Shown piece by piece: positions 51,948 through 64,000 of a DNA stretch of 64,000 bases. The notes beneath the pieces were generated by a model, which was not told the DNA's origin, made no database searches, and saw only the letters and a list, made by a program, of their open reading frames with translations. The stretch is from Octopus sinensis (Eukaryota), in contig NC_043002.1 in assembly GCF_006345805.1 (NCBI RefSeq), positions 24,428,001 through 24,492,000 of the forward strand, in the 5' to 3' direction. Position numbers and translations under genes: made by a program. The stretch's first letter is position 1, and every line of letters starts with the position of its first letter.

Positions 51948-54029
51948 CTTTAGATAATCCTTCGTGTCCTTGTAGCTCAAAGGAAAAACAAAGCAACAAA
52001 GGAAAAAAGGAGAGTGATAAGAGTGATGTGGAGGGGGGATTGAATAGGGACAAACCCAATGCCGTTCCTCATTACAAAGGTGATGTGGATACACTGAATA
52101 TACAAGAGGATAAGTAATAGATGAAAGGGTAAAGAAGAGAGAAGTTGGAGATTGAATAGGAGTAAAATAGGCAAGAGACCTAAATGTAGATATTTTATAA
52201 ATCTCAGCTTCCATCACTGCTAGTATTATTTTAACAACCAGTTTACCATACATAGACAGGCAGATGGCTCTTCTTCAGCTCTAGGTAATTCTTTTCCTTC
52301 TCTTTTGTAATATTGAGCTCCTTGAGTTTGGCCTTTACCAATTCATCACATGTCTTTCTGGGTGTCCTTCTTCCACAGGCTCCATCTACTTCAAGGTCTC
52401 AGAATTTCTTTAAGCAGCTGACATTTTCAACATGTATCACATATCTGTACCAGCATGGAAGACCTCCAAATGACAAATTTTTAGTAAAAATAATAATACA
52501 CTACTATTACATGCTGAAGATGTTGGTGGGTTCCTTGGGTGCACCAGACTGCAGTACAAATGGTAGCAGGCAGAAGAAGAGGGATGCTCTGGCATTATTT
52601 CACTAATAGGGTCTTACCATTTGTGTGGGCGGACACGCCCAAAAGTTTTTCTATAAGTGCTTTTTAAATATTTTATTCATTGCGTTTTCCTTTTGCAATC
52701 ATTTATTTATATATCTTTATTTTTACACAAATTTTTGAAGTGTTTTCTTTGTACAATATCTCTGACCCACTTCCCTTCATTTTTATAAAATTTGTTTATC
52801 CTTCCCAATGCCTATTTATAACTCCCTAATCTTAACATTTCATAATTTATTTTGTATGCATGAATGAATTGTCCTCAGTGGCTAAATAAAAGAAATTATT
52901 ATTATTATTATCTTTATTACAGCACCATCATCAATATTAATGATATTGTACTCTTGTATATTAATCCATATGGGAATAAAAAGACAAACAAAAGCTGCAG
53001 GAGAAATGTGTTCTAAAAAGGATAAATATCAAGCCTCTCTCTCTCTCATTTTGTTTTACTCTCTCTGTCTCTCTCTCTTCCTCTCTCACTCTCTCAGATG
53101 TTATTTTAGTCTCTCCCTCTTTTTATCACATTTTTCTCACATTTTGTCTCTGTCTCTGTCTCTCTACCTTTTTATCTCTCTTTACTCGATTCTATTTTTC
53201 TTTTTTTTTTGTTCCTTTCTCACTGTTTATGTTCCTTTTTTCTTTGTTTTATTTTTCTCTCACCTCTCCCTCTTTCCCTCTTCTCCTCCTCTCTCACTTT
53301 GTCCATGTCTCTAACTCATAATATATTCTATGCTGCAAAACTACTCTACATACAAGTGGTGTTATTCATTTCTAATTTCTTATAAAAACACATCCAGCCA
53401 TAGCAAAATATTGCCTTGCTTGGAAATGCATGAAAGTTATACAGAAAATCTGCCTCAACAAATTTCATGTGACCCATGCAAGCATTGAAAAGCAGATAAG
53501 GAACCAAATGAAAGGATATATATCAGATACTGATGCTCTACAAAACTCAATCATGACTCAAATTTCAGGCACCATTGATATACAAGGTATTACAGACAAA
53601 CATTTTAGAAAGCATCCATGGGTACAAGTCTAGCTGTGCAGGTTAAGAACTTCTACATTTCAAGTTCAATCCAACTGTATGGCACATTGGGAAAGTATCT
53701 TTTATTGTAGCCTTGGGTTGACCAAAGCCCTGTGAATAAAATCTGGAAGGCAAAAACTGTGAGGAAGCTCACTAGAGGGACTCTTCTTGTTCTGGTTTGT
53801 ACAACTGAACACCACTTCTTGGTTTCAAGATGCTTTTAGTGAAATCCATTAAGGCAATCCTGAGGTTGTTCCCATGTAAACTACTTCCATTGAACCCTTC
53901 TCTTAGGTTCACTTTCTAAGTAGCACTGCATCACTATTCTGTTTTCTTTGCTGGTCCACTTCCTTCTCCTTATTCTATTACCTGCTGATACTATATTAGG
54001 ATAACAACTGTGGTCAGTCTTCATATTAT

Positions 54030-54360
54030 TATAATCTCTTTATTACAGGTTTTGTTGGAGCTCCTGGAGTCTTGCATGCATAGCAGGCTTACTACCTACA
54101 GCCTACAGTACCATGCTATTTGCTCTTTTCAGCTATCTAATACTTTCCTGATTATTCTGGCCATGCCAAGGGGGCAAACCTTTTGTAACAGTTCTACTAG
54201 ACATTCTATTCCAATTTCCTTTATATTCCTCTTGATGCCTTCTGATACTGTTCTCAAGGACCCAACAATAATTGGCACTCTCTTCACCTTCATTTTCCAT
54301 AGCTGGGCTATTATGTACTTAAGAGTGTTGTATCTATCTGTCTTTTTGCCTTTCTTCTTG
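54030..54360 (-). mobile_element. Decayed R4/Dong-like RLE LINE 3' fragment
   Basis: Minus strand VPIIVGSLRTVS..KEIGIECLVELLQKVC..ARIIRKVL*, homologous to 33300-33455. Confidence 0.75.
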
Positions 54361-54462
54361 ACTATTCAAAAGCATCCATGCTTTTGGCATGTGACAGATG
54401 GTGAACAGAAGTGCTATCACTAACAAATACCCCACATGCGCTCCTTATATAATAATAATAAA

Positions 54463-54998
54463 TGACCTGATGCAGTACAAGACAGTAGTTCTCATGGCTT
54501 CTGATCCTAACTGATTGGAAGTGTTATCATGTACATTGTTTTGTCTTGGTATAAAAGATGGGCTACAGCAAATATTCTACTCAATACCACAGATTTGCTT
54601 GTCATTTGTTTGACCTTAAACCAGTTGAGCATGTCCCTTAGTGGCTGATGATATGTGCATCTCTGACCATGAGCAGAAGTAGTGGGGGAGCATCATAGCC
54701 GTGTGTTGAGAGGAATTCTTTGGGGTTTATTCACCTTTGGGAACATGGGTGGTTCGTTCACCATCCTTAAACAATCCTTATTCAGGGACCTTTCGAGCAG
54801 GATGGGTTACTCAACCTAAAGAAAATTCTGACTGGGCCCTGCCTGCAAGGTCATGCACTGTTTATCTTGATATGAGATCACCATTTTGCACACATATGGT
54901 TGTGATGCATGTGCCTGGTGTACCCTTATCAGACGGGTAGTCATGATGGGTATATATTTTACCCGTGTCACTTTGATGACATGCACTGCTCTCTCACA
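54463..54998. mobile_element. ~540-bp non-coding interspersed element in (AAT)n, copy 2
   Basis: End-to-end match to 34173-34714. Confidence 0.85.
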
Positions 54999-55754
54999 TA
55001 ATAATAATAATCATTCGGGGGTGGGGGTGGGGGTCAGGTTTTCAGTCTGATGATAACTTCTTACTTTCCTCCCACCAGTCACAGAGGCTTTGAACTTGTG
55101 AACTTTCTTTCCTTCTCTGACTCAGCTATTAAAAAAAAAAACAAAAAAAAAAACAGACCAATTGACTGATTAGTAAAGATTTATTCACCAACACTCACCT
55201 GTCTCTTATTACATTGGCCTCTGAACCACAAGCTATATGCCATCCATCCAGACACACATGTGTTTCAATAGCTACCCTTCTCAGTTTTCCTACTGTGGAT
55301 CATCTCAGAGAATCTACACAAAACACTTTTATCAACCTACTTCCTAAGAATTGTACCATTCTGGAATTCTATCCCTACCTGTGTGTTTTTTTTATTCCTG
55401 TAGATGTCAATCAATATATGTTCACAATGAACTTTAGTCACAACAATCTTATCAGTTTGGGTGGGCTAGCAAGGGTCACCAGGCACTGACCCATGCATTT
55501 ATATGATAAGGTCATAAGAAAAAAAAAAATTGTCTGCCTTTTTCAAATTGTCTCTAACTCTGCATTTAACCTAATATTTTTTTGTTTCATTTTGTTTCTG
55601 CTTCAGTCTTCTGTTACCTTTCAAATTCTCTCTCTCTCTCTCTCACACACACACTATCTTTTGGTCTCATACATTATCATTGTCTTTTGTCTCATTCAGT
55701 TTCTTTGTCTGACACTTTGGTTTTGTATCACATCTCTCTCTCTCGCACTCTCTC

Positions 55755-55788
<34 letters not shown>

Positions 55789-57076
55789 AATCTATCTGTC
55801 TATCTGACATTTTCTAGCTTTGTCTGTCTGTTTGCCTGCCTGTCTGCTGCCCCTCTCTCTCTCTCTCATACACACACACACACTCAAAATTTACAAGAAA
55901 ACAACACCCACACAAAAACAGGTCAAAGATGGAGATTTTAAAATATTTAATTTTACTTATTCTGTTTTTGTGCTATTTCTTCTTTCTTTCTGTTTCCCCT
56001 CTAAAGTCTTCTTGTTTTGTCTATCTTCTACTTTGTGCTGTTGTTGTTGTTCTTTGTCTTCAGTTTCCTCCTCCTCCTCCAAACATCCCACTACTCTCAC
56101 CTTCAGAAATTTTCTTCAACAAGCTACATTTATGCTCCATCTGTGTAGTAAAGGGGGAAGGAGTGGTGGTAGTGATGGGGCTTGCAAACGGTTACCCAAT
56201 ACCAGACATTTCAAGAAAAACAAAAGAATAAAAATGAACACATACAAAAAAGAAGATAAGTAGAGATAACTAACTAAATAAATAAAAATACAAACGGAAA
56301 GAATGAAGGAAATATATATTTAAAATAAAAAGCGGGTATTTTTGGCGGCAAATTCTAGAAATGGTTTCAAAGAATTCCAAGACATAAAATATAGTACAGT
56401 ACACTGTTTGGAGAATTAGTGTAGGGTTTGGGTGGAACAAGAAGCAAAAAAGAAGAGTTAGAAGCACAATTTGAAGAATTATATCTTTTGGGGTGAGATG
56501 AAAAACCCACTTTGCTGTGAGCCAACCAATGAAGGAGCCTCTATATAGTCATTAAAACTGCTAGAAACATCAGCTACTTCCTTTAGATCATACTGTGTTG
56601 TTTTAGAATGTAGGGCATATCATAAAATGTTGTTTGGAAAAAAGAAGATAAAATGGTCATTGATGGCATAACTTTGATCATAGGCTTGCTTAATATGAGG
56701 CTAAGCAAGAACAACAACAGCTTATCTTTCTATGAGCTTAGAGGGCAGCCTCTACATGGTGCTTGCACCACTAGTAATAGCATCTATATTCCCTTAAAAT
56801 TATATTTTGCTGTCTGAAAAAAGGAAATTACACTAGATAAGGTTGTCCTAGATTTCCCCTTAATATAGCAAAGACTGCATCACAAAAACTGGCCTTTCTC
56901 TTCAGAGTCAGAAAATATTTCAGCCTTTACAACTATTAACCCTCAAGAAAATTCATGTAAGACCCACAATTGATTGCTGTTCTCATGTGTGTGACGGTTA
57001 TGCTGCTGCCTGCAGAAACATCTTGGCTTATGTCCAGTGTAGGTGATAATCAACTGATTGGTATGAAATCATTTAA

Positions 57077-57305
57077 GGTGGCAAGCTGGCAGAAACGTTA
57101 GCATGCCGGGCGAAATGCTTAGCGGTATTTTGTCTGCCATTACGTTGAGTTCAAATTCCGCCGAGGTCGACTTTGCCTTTCATCCTTTCAGGGTCAATAA
57201 ATTAAGTACCAGTTACGCACTGGGGTCGATGTAATTGACTTAACTCCTTTGTCTGTCCTTGTTTGTCCACTCTATGTTTAGCCCCTTGTGGGTAGTAAAG
57301 AAATA
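57077..57305 (+). mobile_element. SINE family A with TSD ggtatgaaatcatt
   Basis: Near-consensus copy with flanking direct repeats. Confidence 0.92.
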
Positions 57306-59814
57306 GGTATGAAATCATTCACCAAGACACTCCATGCCCTATCTGACTGGTTGGCTGGCTTGCTGGCCAGTTTTGTGCCATTGCCACTTAGCACTCTTAA
57401 CTCACTCATCACCAATATTGTGTCCAACCTCCTTGCCTTGCACTGCCTAATGCTTCCTTGCACATGTCTGTCCTGCAGCCATCAGCTCGGAATAATTTAA
57501 ACCTTTAGCATTCAGATTTCTTTGTCAAATGTATTGCTTATTTATTCATATGGTTTTGAATTAATCACACATTGCCTTGTAGCTCCAATGGTCTGTTGGT
57601 ACATTTTTAGAATGACATTGTAAGGTGGGTAAGAGATGTTGCATGTGGCCATTTTTAACATAAAGCAGGTAGAATATTTGGGCTGGATATGGCTGGATTA
57701 AATGAAACATTAAGAGCATTGATCCCCCCAATCTTCAAGGGTCATGACCATTAACTGTCCCTTCAAAACAAACTGATAATTGTTTTAGATTTTGGTGCAA
57801 AACCAGCAACTCTAGTGGGAGAAGGTTAGTTGATTACATCAGACCTAGTACTTGGCTGGTATTTTGTTTTATTGGCCTTGAATGGATGAAAGGCAAAATT
57901 GTTCTCAGCAGAATTTAAACTCAGAATGTAAAAAACCAGAAGAAATACTGCTAAACATTTTGTCTGACACACTGATGATTCTGCCAGCTGGCTATCTTAA
58001 ACCACATAATAAAAGTAGAAAAACAAAAAAGCTGTAACAAAACAACTTACATTTCTAAGGCAGATATGCATGTGTGTGTGTTGTTGTTGTTGATTGAAAT
58101 TAATTTATCCTAAACACATTAAGGTATTTAATTTATCAGCCGTGGAACAGGAAAAACAGTCACCATGACATAGTCATTATAACCCAAGATAGAATTATGA
58201 AAAATGAGATCAGCAACATGAAACTCAGAAGCAGATATTTAAAAGCCATCTCTCTCATACAAATATATGCTGTAACAGGGAGTGTAGGATGTTGTAATTA
58301 TAGATAGATAAACTGTGGTAGTAAGTTGAATGTCTTGTCTAAAGAGATATAACACAATGGTTGTAGATATATAAACTGGCCCAGTTCAGTTCTGATCAGC
58401 TAAACTTCTAATTAAAAATTCTCCATTCATGACCATTTATATTATCTTGAGAATTACGTTATCCAATATGTCCTTAACCTTTTGAAGATGGTAGGGTATA
58501 ATTTGAGGTGGATTTGACTGTTACTTTTAGTAGGTTTAATGACCAGGTAAAGGTTCCTTTGATGGCTCCTAAAAGCTGTAGTAGAAAGTGGTGGTGCTTA
58601 TTATACAGCTATGTAGACTGTTGTAAATAGAGCATCTTGTCTAAGGAGACAGCATTGTGTATGTATCAAAAGGCGGTGGTACTTATTGGGTGTAAGTGTA
58701 CTGGGTGTAGCATACACTCACACACACAAATAGATACATAGGTATGTATAAACCAAAAGTACATATAAAATTAGTAGTAAGCTAATTAAACACACAAGCA
58801 TACACACATACATAATGTACATACATTATATATGTATGATTGTGAGTATTTGAGAAAGAGAGAGAAATGAAAGTGTTTGCACCTATTTGTATGTTTGTTT
58901 CTGTGTATACGTACATGTGTGAGTGTACATACATATTAAATGCAGAGCTTCTAACTGATGTACGCTTTGTTCAATAAACAACTGGGAAGTCTATTAACGA
59001 ATTTAATGTTGAGTCATTTATATTTTCCAACAGGACATTGCTGTTAGATTACAAAGTGAGTGTAACAGAGTTACTATATTAAAAGAAGAGACTGATTAAA
59101 TGAGCAAGTGGATGAACAGGCAGATTTTGTTTAAAGTTTAGTCAAGAGGAGACTCTGAGACTGGAATGATTTATATAGCTGATATTCAGTTTGAAAACCT
59201 GTAAATAGATGTCAGCAGAAAAAGACATGGGTGGGAAGGTAATTCCAGAGAGATGATTTACTGTGAAGAAAGGACTGGGTGTTGAGACACAGTGGTGCTG
59301 GGAGGATGGGTGAAGAAAAATAGTTGGAGGTAGCATGTAGCTAACTATTTAAGAGAAACAGACACCACTGTAACTGTGACAAAACAGACAAAGAGAAAGG
59401 GGACATCTGTATACCAAATTGTTGGATTGTTTGTCTAGTGTTTACAGAATTTTTTTTTATTATGATTAGTGATTTCTAATCCTATGTTACTCAGATTTTA
59501 ACTTTTATTGAAAAGTTTGAGTTATCTGCATGAAGTGGAGGATGTTTCTACTGATTAGTATAAGGGAGTTCCTCACTACATTTGCAGATACATTTAAACT
59601 ATGGGGAGGATTAAACCAGATAATATTTATATTTCTACATTTGATGTTATTTACTGTATTTCAGCTTGGTGTTTTAACAATGGCTAGGTGAGGCTCTATT
59701 TTTGTGTGGGAATGCTTTGCTGAATGTCTTTTTTTTTCTGTTCAGTGATAATTTAGGTGTGTGTGTCTGCTTATATTGTCTGTAATTATGTATGATCATG
59801 GGAAAGTTGGAACT

Positions 59815-59898
<84 letters not shown>

Positions 59899-60183
59899 CT
59901 ATTTTTAGGTCACTTTTGGAATGACCAAGTTTAAAAACGACTGGATCTTACTCATAAGGAAATCTTACATTGTGTATAAACTCTATATTTGAAAAGACCC
60001 ATTTTAAACTCTGTTGGACTTTTTGACTTTACCCATAGGGTATTGGAATATTACATATATACCATTCTGCCTAAAAAAATGATTTACAACTTCAATATCC
60101 ATACATGCATCTATTTTCTTTCCTCCACCTCACTCTCTATTTTGTATTACATCTAAACTATGACTTAACCATCCTCTCACACT

Positions 60184-60235
60184 GTCTCCGATGAAAGGAT
60201 ATAATTAATAAATATCCTGGAAACAGCTGTAAGAC
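60184..60235 (+). ncRNA. Minimal type I hammerhead ribozyme motif (U4C core variant)
   Basis: GUCU-CCGAUGA-a AGGAUAU aauuaauaa AUAUCCU g-GAAA-CAGCUG-UA-AGAC. Palindromic helix III (ACAGCUGU) and a GUA triplet. Confidence 0.78.
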
Positions 60236-60303
60236 CTTCTATTTATAAATGTTCTAATATCTACACAGCCTTTTTATCTTTTTTTATCTCATTACACAAA
60301 AAA

Positions 60304-60349
<46 letters not shown>

Positions 60350-60350
<1 letters not shown>

Positions 60351-60912
60351 GAGGGTGAGTCAAAAAGTAATGCCGTTTTGTTTAGGACAGGTATAATTAC
60401 CAACACAAGAACATGTATCATACATCAAAATGAAGCTGGTCCTCTGTGGATCACATCCCTACTTTTCAACATAGTCACTGTTTCTCTCAATAGCAATGTT
60501 CCACCTTCAAATGAGAGCATGTATCCCTGCCCATATAATTCTGTTGACTGTTCTTTGAGCCACTTCTTCACTACAGTTTTCACTTCCTCGTCACTGGAAT
60601 AATTTAGCGCTTTCAGACTATCATCTCTTCAGCCCTATGAAAGAGGGTTTGAGAGGCAAACATTATTCCAGTGACAAGGGAAGTGAAAAGTGTAGTGAAG
60701 AAGTGGCTCAAAGAACAGTCAACAGAATTTTAAGGGGCAGGGATACATGCTCTCATTCGAAGGTGGAACATTGCTATTGAGAGAAACGGTGACTATGTTG
60801 AAAAGTAGAGATGTGATCCACAGAGGACCAGCTTCATTTTGATGTATGATACATGTTCCTGTGTTGGTAATTATACCTGTCCTAAACAAAATGGCATTTT
60901 GAATCAAGCTCG
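60350..60912. mobile_element. Palindromic mariner-derived MITE built from two inverted 3' ends
   Basis: TA|cgagggtgagtc...gctcg|TA with ~250-bp inverted arms. The right half translates SDYHLFSPMKEGLRGKHY..KKWLKEQ..RWNIAIERNGDYVEK* (irritans-like C-terminus). Confidence 0.92.
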
Positions 60913-61489
60913 TATACATATATTCGTTAGGTTTATAGTAGGGATGGTGCATGCAGGTGTTTTTGTTCAGAGTTCCACTGAGGAAATTTGTTATCTTTGG
61001 GCTTGTATTTATCATATTTTAAAATTGAATTCTTTAAAATTTTTGATTATATTTCTAAGTTTGTATATATAATGCTCTTTGATGTTGTGTGATACTTCAA
61101 GTCCAGCACCTTTGTAAAGTTTTAGTCTAGTACTAGTGAATCTAGTACTGTTTCTTTCAGTGTTGTAGTATGTATCCTCTGACTAGATTTGAAGATGCTT
61201 CGTCTTCCTTAGAAAAAATTGTCTTAAAATAACAACAACACTCTTGCATTCAGTATGATACTGATATTAGCTTTGGTTATAACAGTATAAGTTTTTCTCA
61301 AATTCTAAAGCTTTCAGAAGAATATTTTTAGAAATGGATGGAAGGAATTCTATAACACTAAATGGGGTAATTCTGCAGTTGGGTTTCACTTCAATATTAT
61401 TGAACTGCCTGATAATGGCACAGCCACATTTTCATTGTGTTAAGTAGTTTGTTGTATGCTGTATTTTTGTTTTTACAAAATAAGAAAGA

Positions 61490-61960
61490 TACTAGTCAGA
61501 AGTTTGAAAGAAATCAACTTAAAAGTTATGATATATACAAATGCAAAGTATGTAAATCACTAATCACTAATCTGTGAACAATAGACAATCCATTTCCAAT
61601 GTAATTGCAGAAGGCATGACTGCCAAAAGCAAGAGTATTCAGAGTAAATGTAGAACTGGCAGCAGCACACAGTAAAAGCATATTTTGGACTGATACAAAA
61701 CTCAGAATACATTAATTTGCTTAGACTCTTAAATAAGTGCAATATAACATACCTTGTAAAATATATTTTATTTCTTAAAGACAGAAAAGAAAATCTGTTG
61801 GTAAAATGGAGCATTGTTGCAAAATCAAAGGCATACAACTATCATAGTAATTCTTGTTTGCTGCGTAGATTGTAGCTCTTCCTGGGTATATCTTGAACAG
61901 AAAAGCGGAAACTTTCCTGTTCTCCTACCATGCAACAAAATTCCAACTCCAAGCCTTCAA
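61490..61960 (+). mobile_element. Decayed Penelope-like element GIY-YIG endonuclease region
   Basis: With frameshifts: QCNCRRHDC (linker Cys motif), VFRVNV..AYFGL (GIY-YIG-like), VKYILFLKD..VKWSIVAKSKAYN..SCLL and ILNRKAE..HATKF. Confidence 0.62.
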
Positions 61961-62474
61961 GCAAATTCCTATACTTATGGATTTTCATTGGAACCATCAA
62001 GACAAGAAAATCTTGTCCATCTAAATTATTTTTACTAATTATTATTTTTGCTTATTTTTGTTAATTTCAGTAATTTTTCATTCAAGAATTTGATATTAAA
62101 TCAAGTAAAGTTGCCACCTCATAAGAAAAATATTTTCTGTCTGTTGAGAATTAGTATACCATTATGATCTGTGGTATGCACACATTTTTGGTCAGTGTTA
62201 ACCAATGAAATAATGAGGTTTTGAAGCCATCTTGTGTAAATGAACATTTCATTATGGTACACAGAACTAGTCTGAATGAGCATCTATATGTAAAACCGAA
62301 GTAACATATGTCTTTAATCAAATATAATCATACTTTACATTGTGTATTGAGTACTTTTTCTCTTGTCTGTTATAGACAATATGCATGCGCACACACACAC
62401 ACGTATATATACATACAGCTACTGATTATCACTGCTAGCTGTGTGTGTATATATGTGTGTATGTGTCTGTCTTC

Positions 62475-62535
<61 letters not shown>

Positions 62536-63099
62536 TGTATGTACATACACATACACACACACCATTCATATGCAGTGCTCAAAGAAACTTGTACCTTGAA
62601 ATTCCTTCTTATATTTTAATTATATATATGTCATTCACTTCAGTTAGCAATGTCTCATGCTCCTGCTGGCTCTCTACCAAGAAACTTGGAATTTCTTATA
62701 TCAGAAACACGCAAATGGTTTTCTCTCTTGTCATTAGGACAGATAGCATATAAAAACCTATATCAGACAATTAATGAGGGAGAAAACCCATTAAAAATTC
62801 CCATGAGTGACAAGACTAGGTAGTTATCTATTCAACCAGCTGTAGGAGGAATAATAACCCAATGGCTTGAATTAAAAATCCATTTTCAAATTATGAGAAA
62901 TACTGAAAATGTGTTTTATTATTGAAGTCCTTTATGAAATGTATTCAATTGAAAAGAACTTGGCATATCATTTATGCATTCCATTTTCAGTGAAGTACAG
63001 TGTTTAAATAAATTGTTTGTGTCAAAGGCTGCTGATAAAGCCAAATTATTAGATGATTTAACATTAATAGTAAGCACATATATGGAAATAAACTAAATC

Positions 63100-63890
63100 T
63101 ACCATAAATGGCTCCTCAAAAAATCAGATGTCATTCTGCAACTACAATTACTGATACAGATTATGCAGATGACATAGCTCTTACTTCTAAAGCTATTGAG
63201 GAAGTCAATGAGTTGAAGAAGCTACAAAACATATTAAACAACAAACCAATGATAATAAATCTGAGTTTATAGTTTTCAATCAACTAAAAGACTGCATTAT
63301 ATTAGCAAAGAGTGAAAACTTGAAATGTGTAAATGACATCAAATGTTTAGGATTGGGAATAGAAAGCTCAAAGAGAGATAGTGAAGTGAGAAAAGAATTA
63401 GAATGGTCAGCAATGAGCAAGATATCCTCAATATGAGAAACAAATCTATTTAATGACCATAAAATATAGGGTTTTTTATAGCTGCTGTAGAAAGCATGTT
63501 GATAAATGGATCTGAATGTTGGACACTAATGAAAGTAATAGAAAGCAGGCTAAATGGAACATATACCAAAATGTTAAGGAGAGTGAAGAAAATTTTGTGG
63601 GAGCAACATTTACCAAACACCATATTATATGACAATATACCATTATTAATAGAAACCATCAAATAATACAGAGTTAAGCTCATGGGACACTGTTGGTGTA
63701 GAAAAGATGAAGTTTTACATTAACTATTACTATAGGGACTAGCAAATGATAGAAGAAGCAGACCTTGTTGAACATATTTGCAACAGTTTCTGGAGGACAT
63801 AAACCATGAAAGAAACTGTGCTGAAGATATGATGGAGAACTAGAAAGTGTGGAGGAGATTGGTCAAAGGTGCATGAATGGGTTTAACATG
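63100..63890 (+). mobile_element. Decayed RTE/RTEX-type LINE 3' fragment (second family)
   Basis: TDTDYADDIAL, KCLG, AAVESMLINGSECWTL..LNGTYTKMLR and GHCWCR. Confidence 0.85.
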
Positions 63891-64000
63891 ACATACCAGC
63901 CTCTGAGAGTGATGTATAGACTTGTTATATTGAAGAATATTTATGTCTTAATCCCTAAGATTTTAGTTTTGAAAATAAAATTGAAGACTTAAAAAATCAT

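Noticed and set aside
57497-57705. Possible TTAA-flanked MITE starting ttaaacctttagcatt
   Set aside because: The right terminus is missing, so TIR and TSD cannot be shown within the window.
6370-62753. Dozens of ORFs rich in HT/CV/YI/LS dipeptides or poly-N/V/M
   Set aside because: They are translations of (CA)n, (TA)n, (GA)n, (TACA)n and trinucleotide microsatellites, not genes.

Overview
AT-rich eukaryotic genomic DNA saturated with microsatellites. The SINE families and repeat landscape are most consistent with an octopus (coleoid cephalopod) genome; this is inferred from recognising repeats, not from a search. No intact host protein-coding gene is evident, and nearly all listed ORFs are microsatellite or antisense artefacts. 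The window is a nested transposon graveyard. Retroelements include three tRNA-derived SINE families (several copies with clear TSDs), a near-full-length decayed RTE LINE with a PHD finger inside its RT, decayed I/Jockey-like and L1/Tx1-like LINEs, R4/Dong-type RLE LINE fragments in (AAT)n, and a Penelope GIY-YIG remnant. DNA elements include a complete dead cecropia-type mariner abutting a maT-like element, a palindromic mariner MITE, pogo and hAT remnants, a Helitron derivative with a head-to-tail junction, and a Helentron-type HINE. The most notable signal is a set of at least five unrelated minimal type-I hammerhead-ribozyme motifs (10101-10163, 16346-16383, 42416-42450, 51678-51721, 60184-60235). 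They lie in non-coding repeats, several with fold-back or tandem architecture typical of Penelope-like/retrozyme elements.
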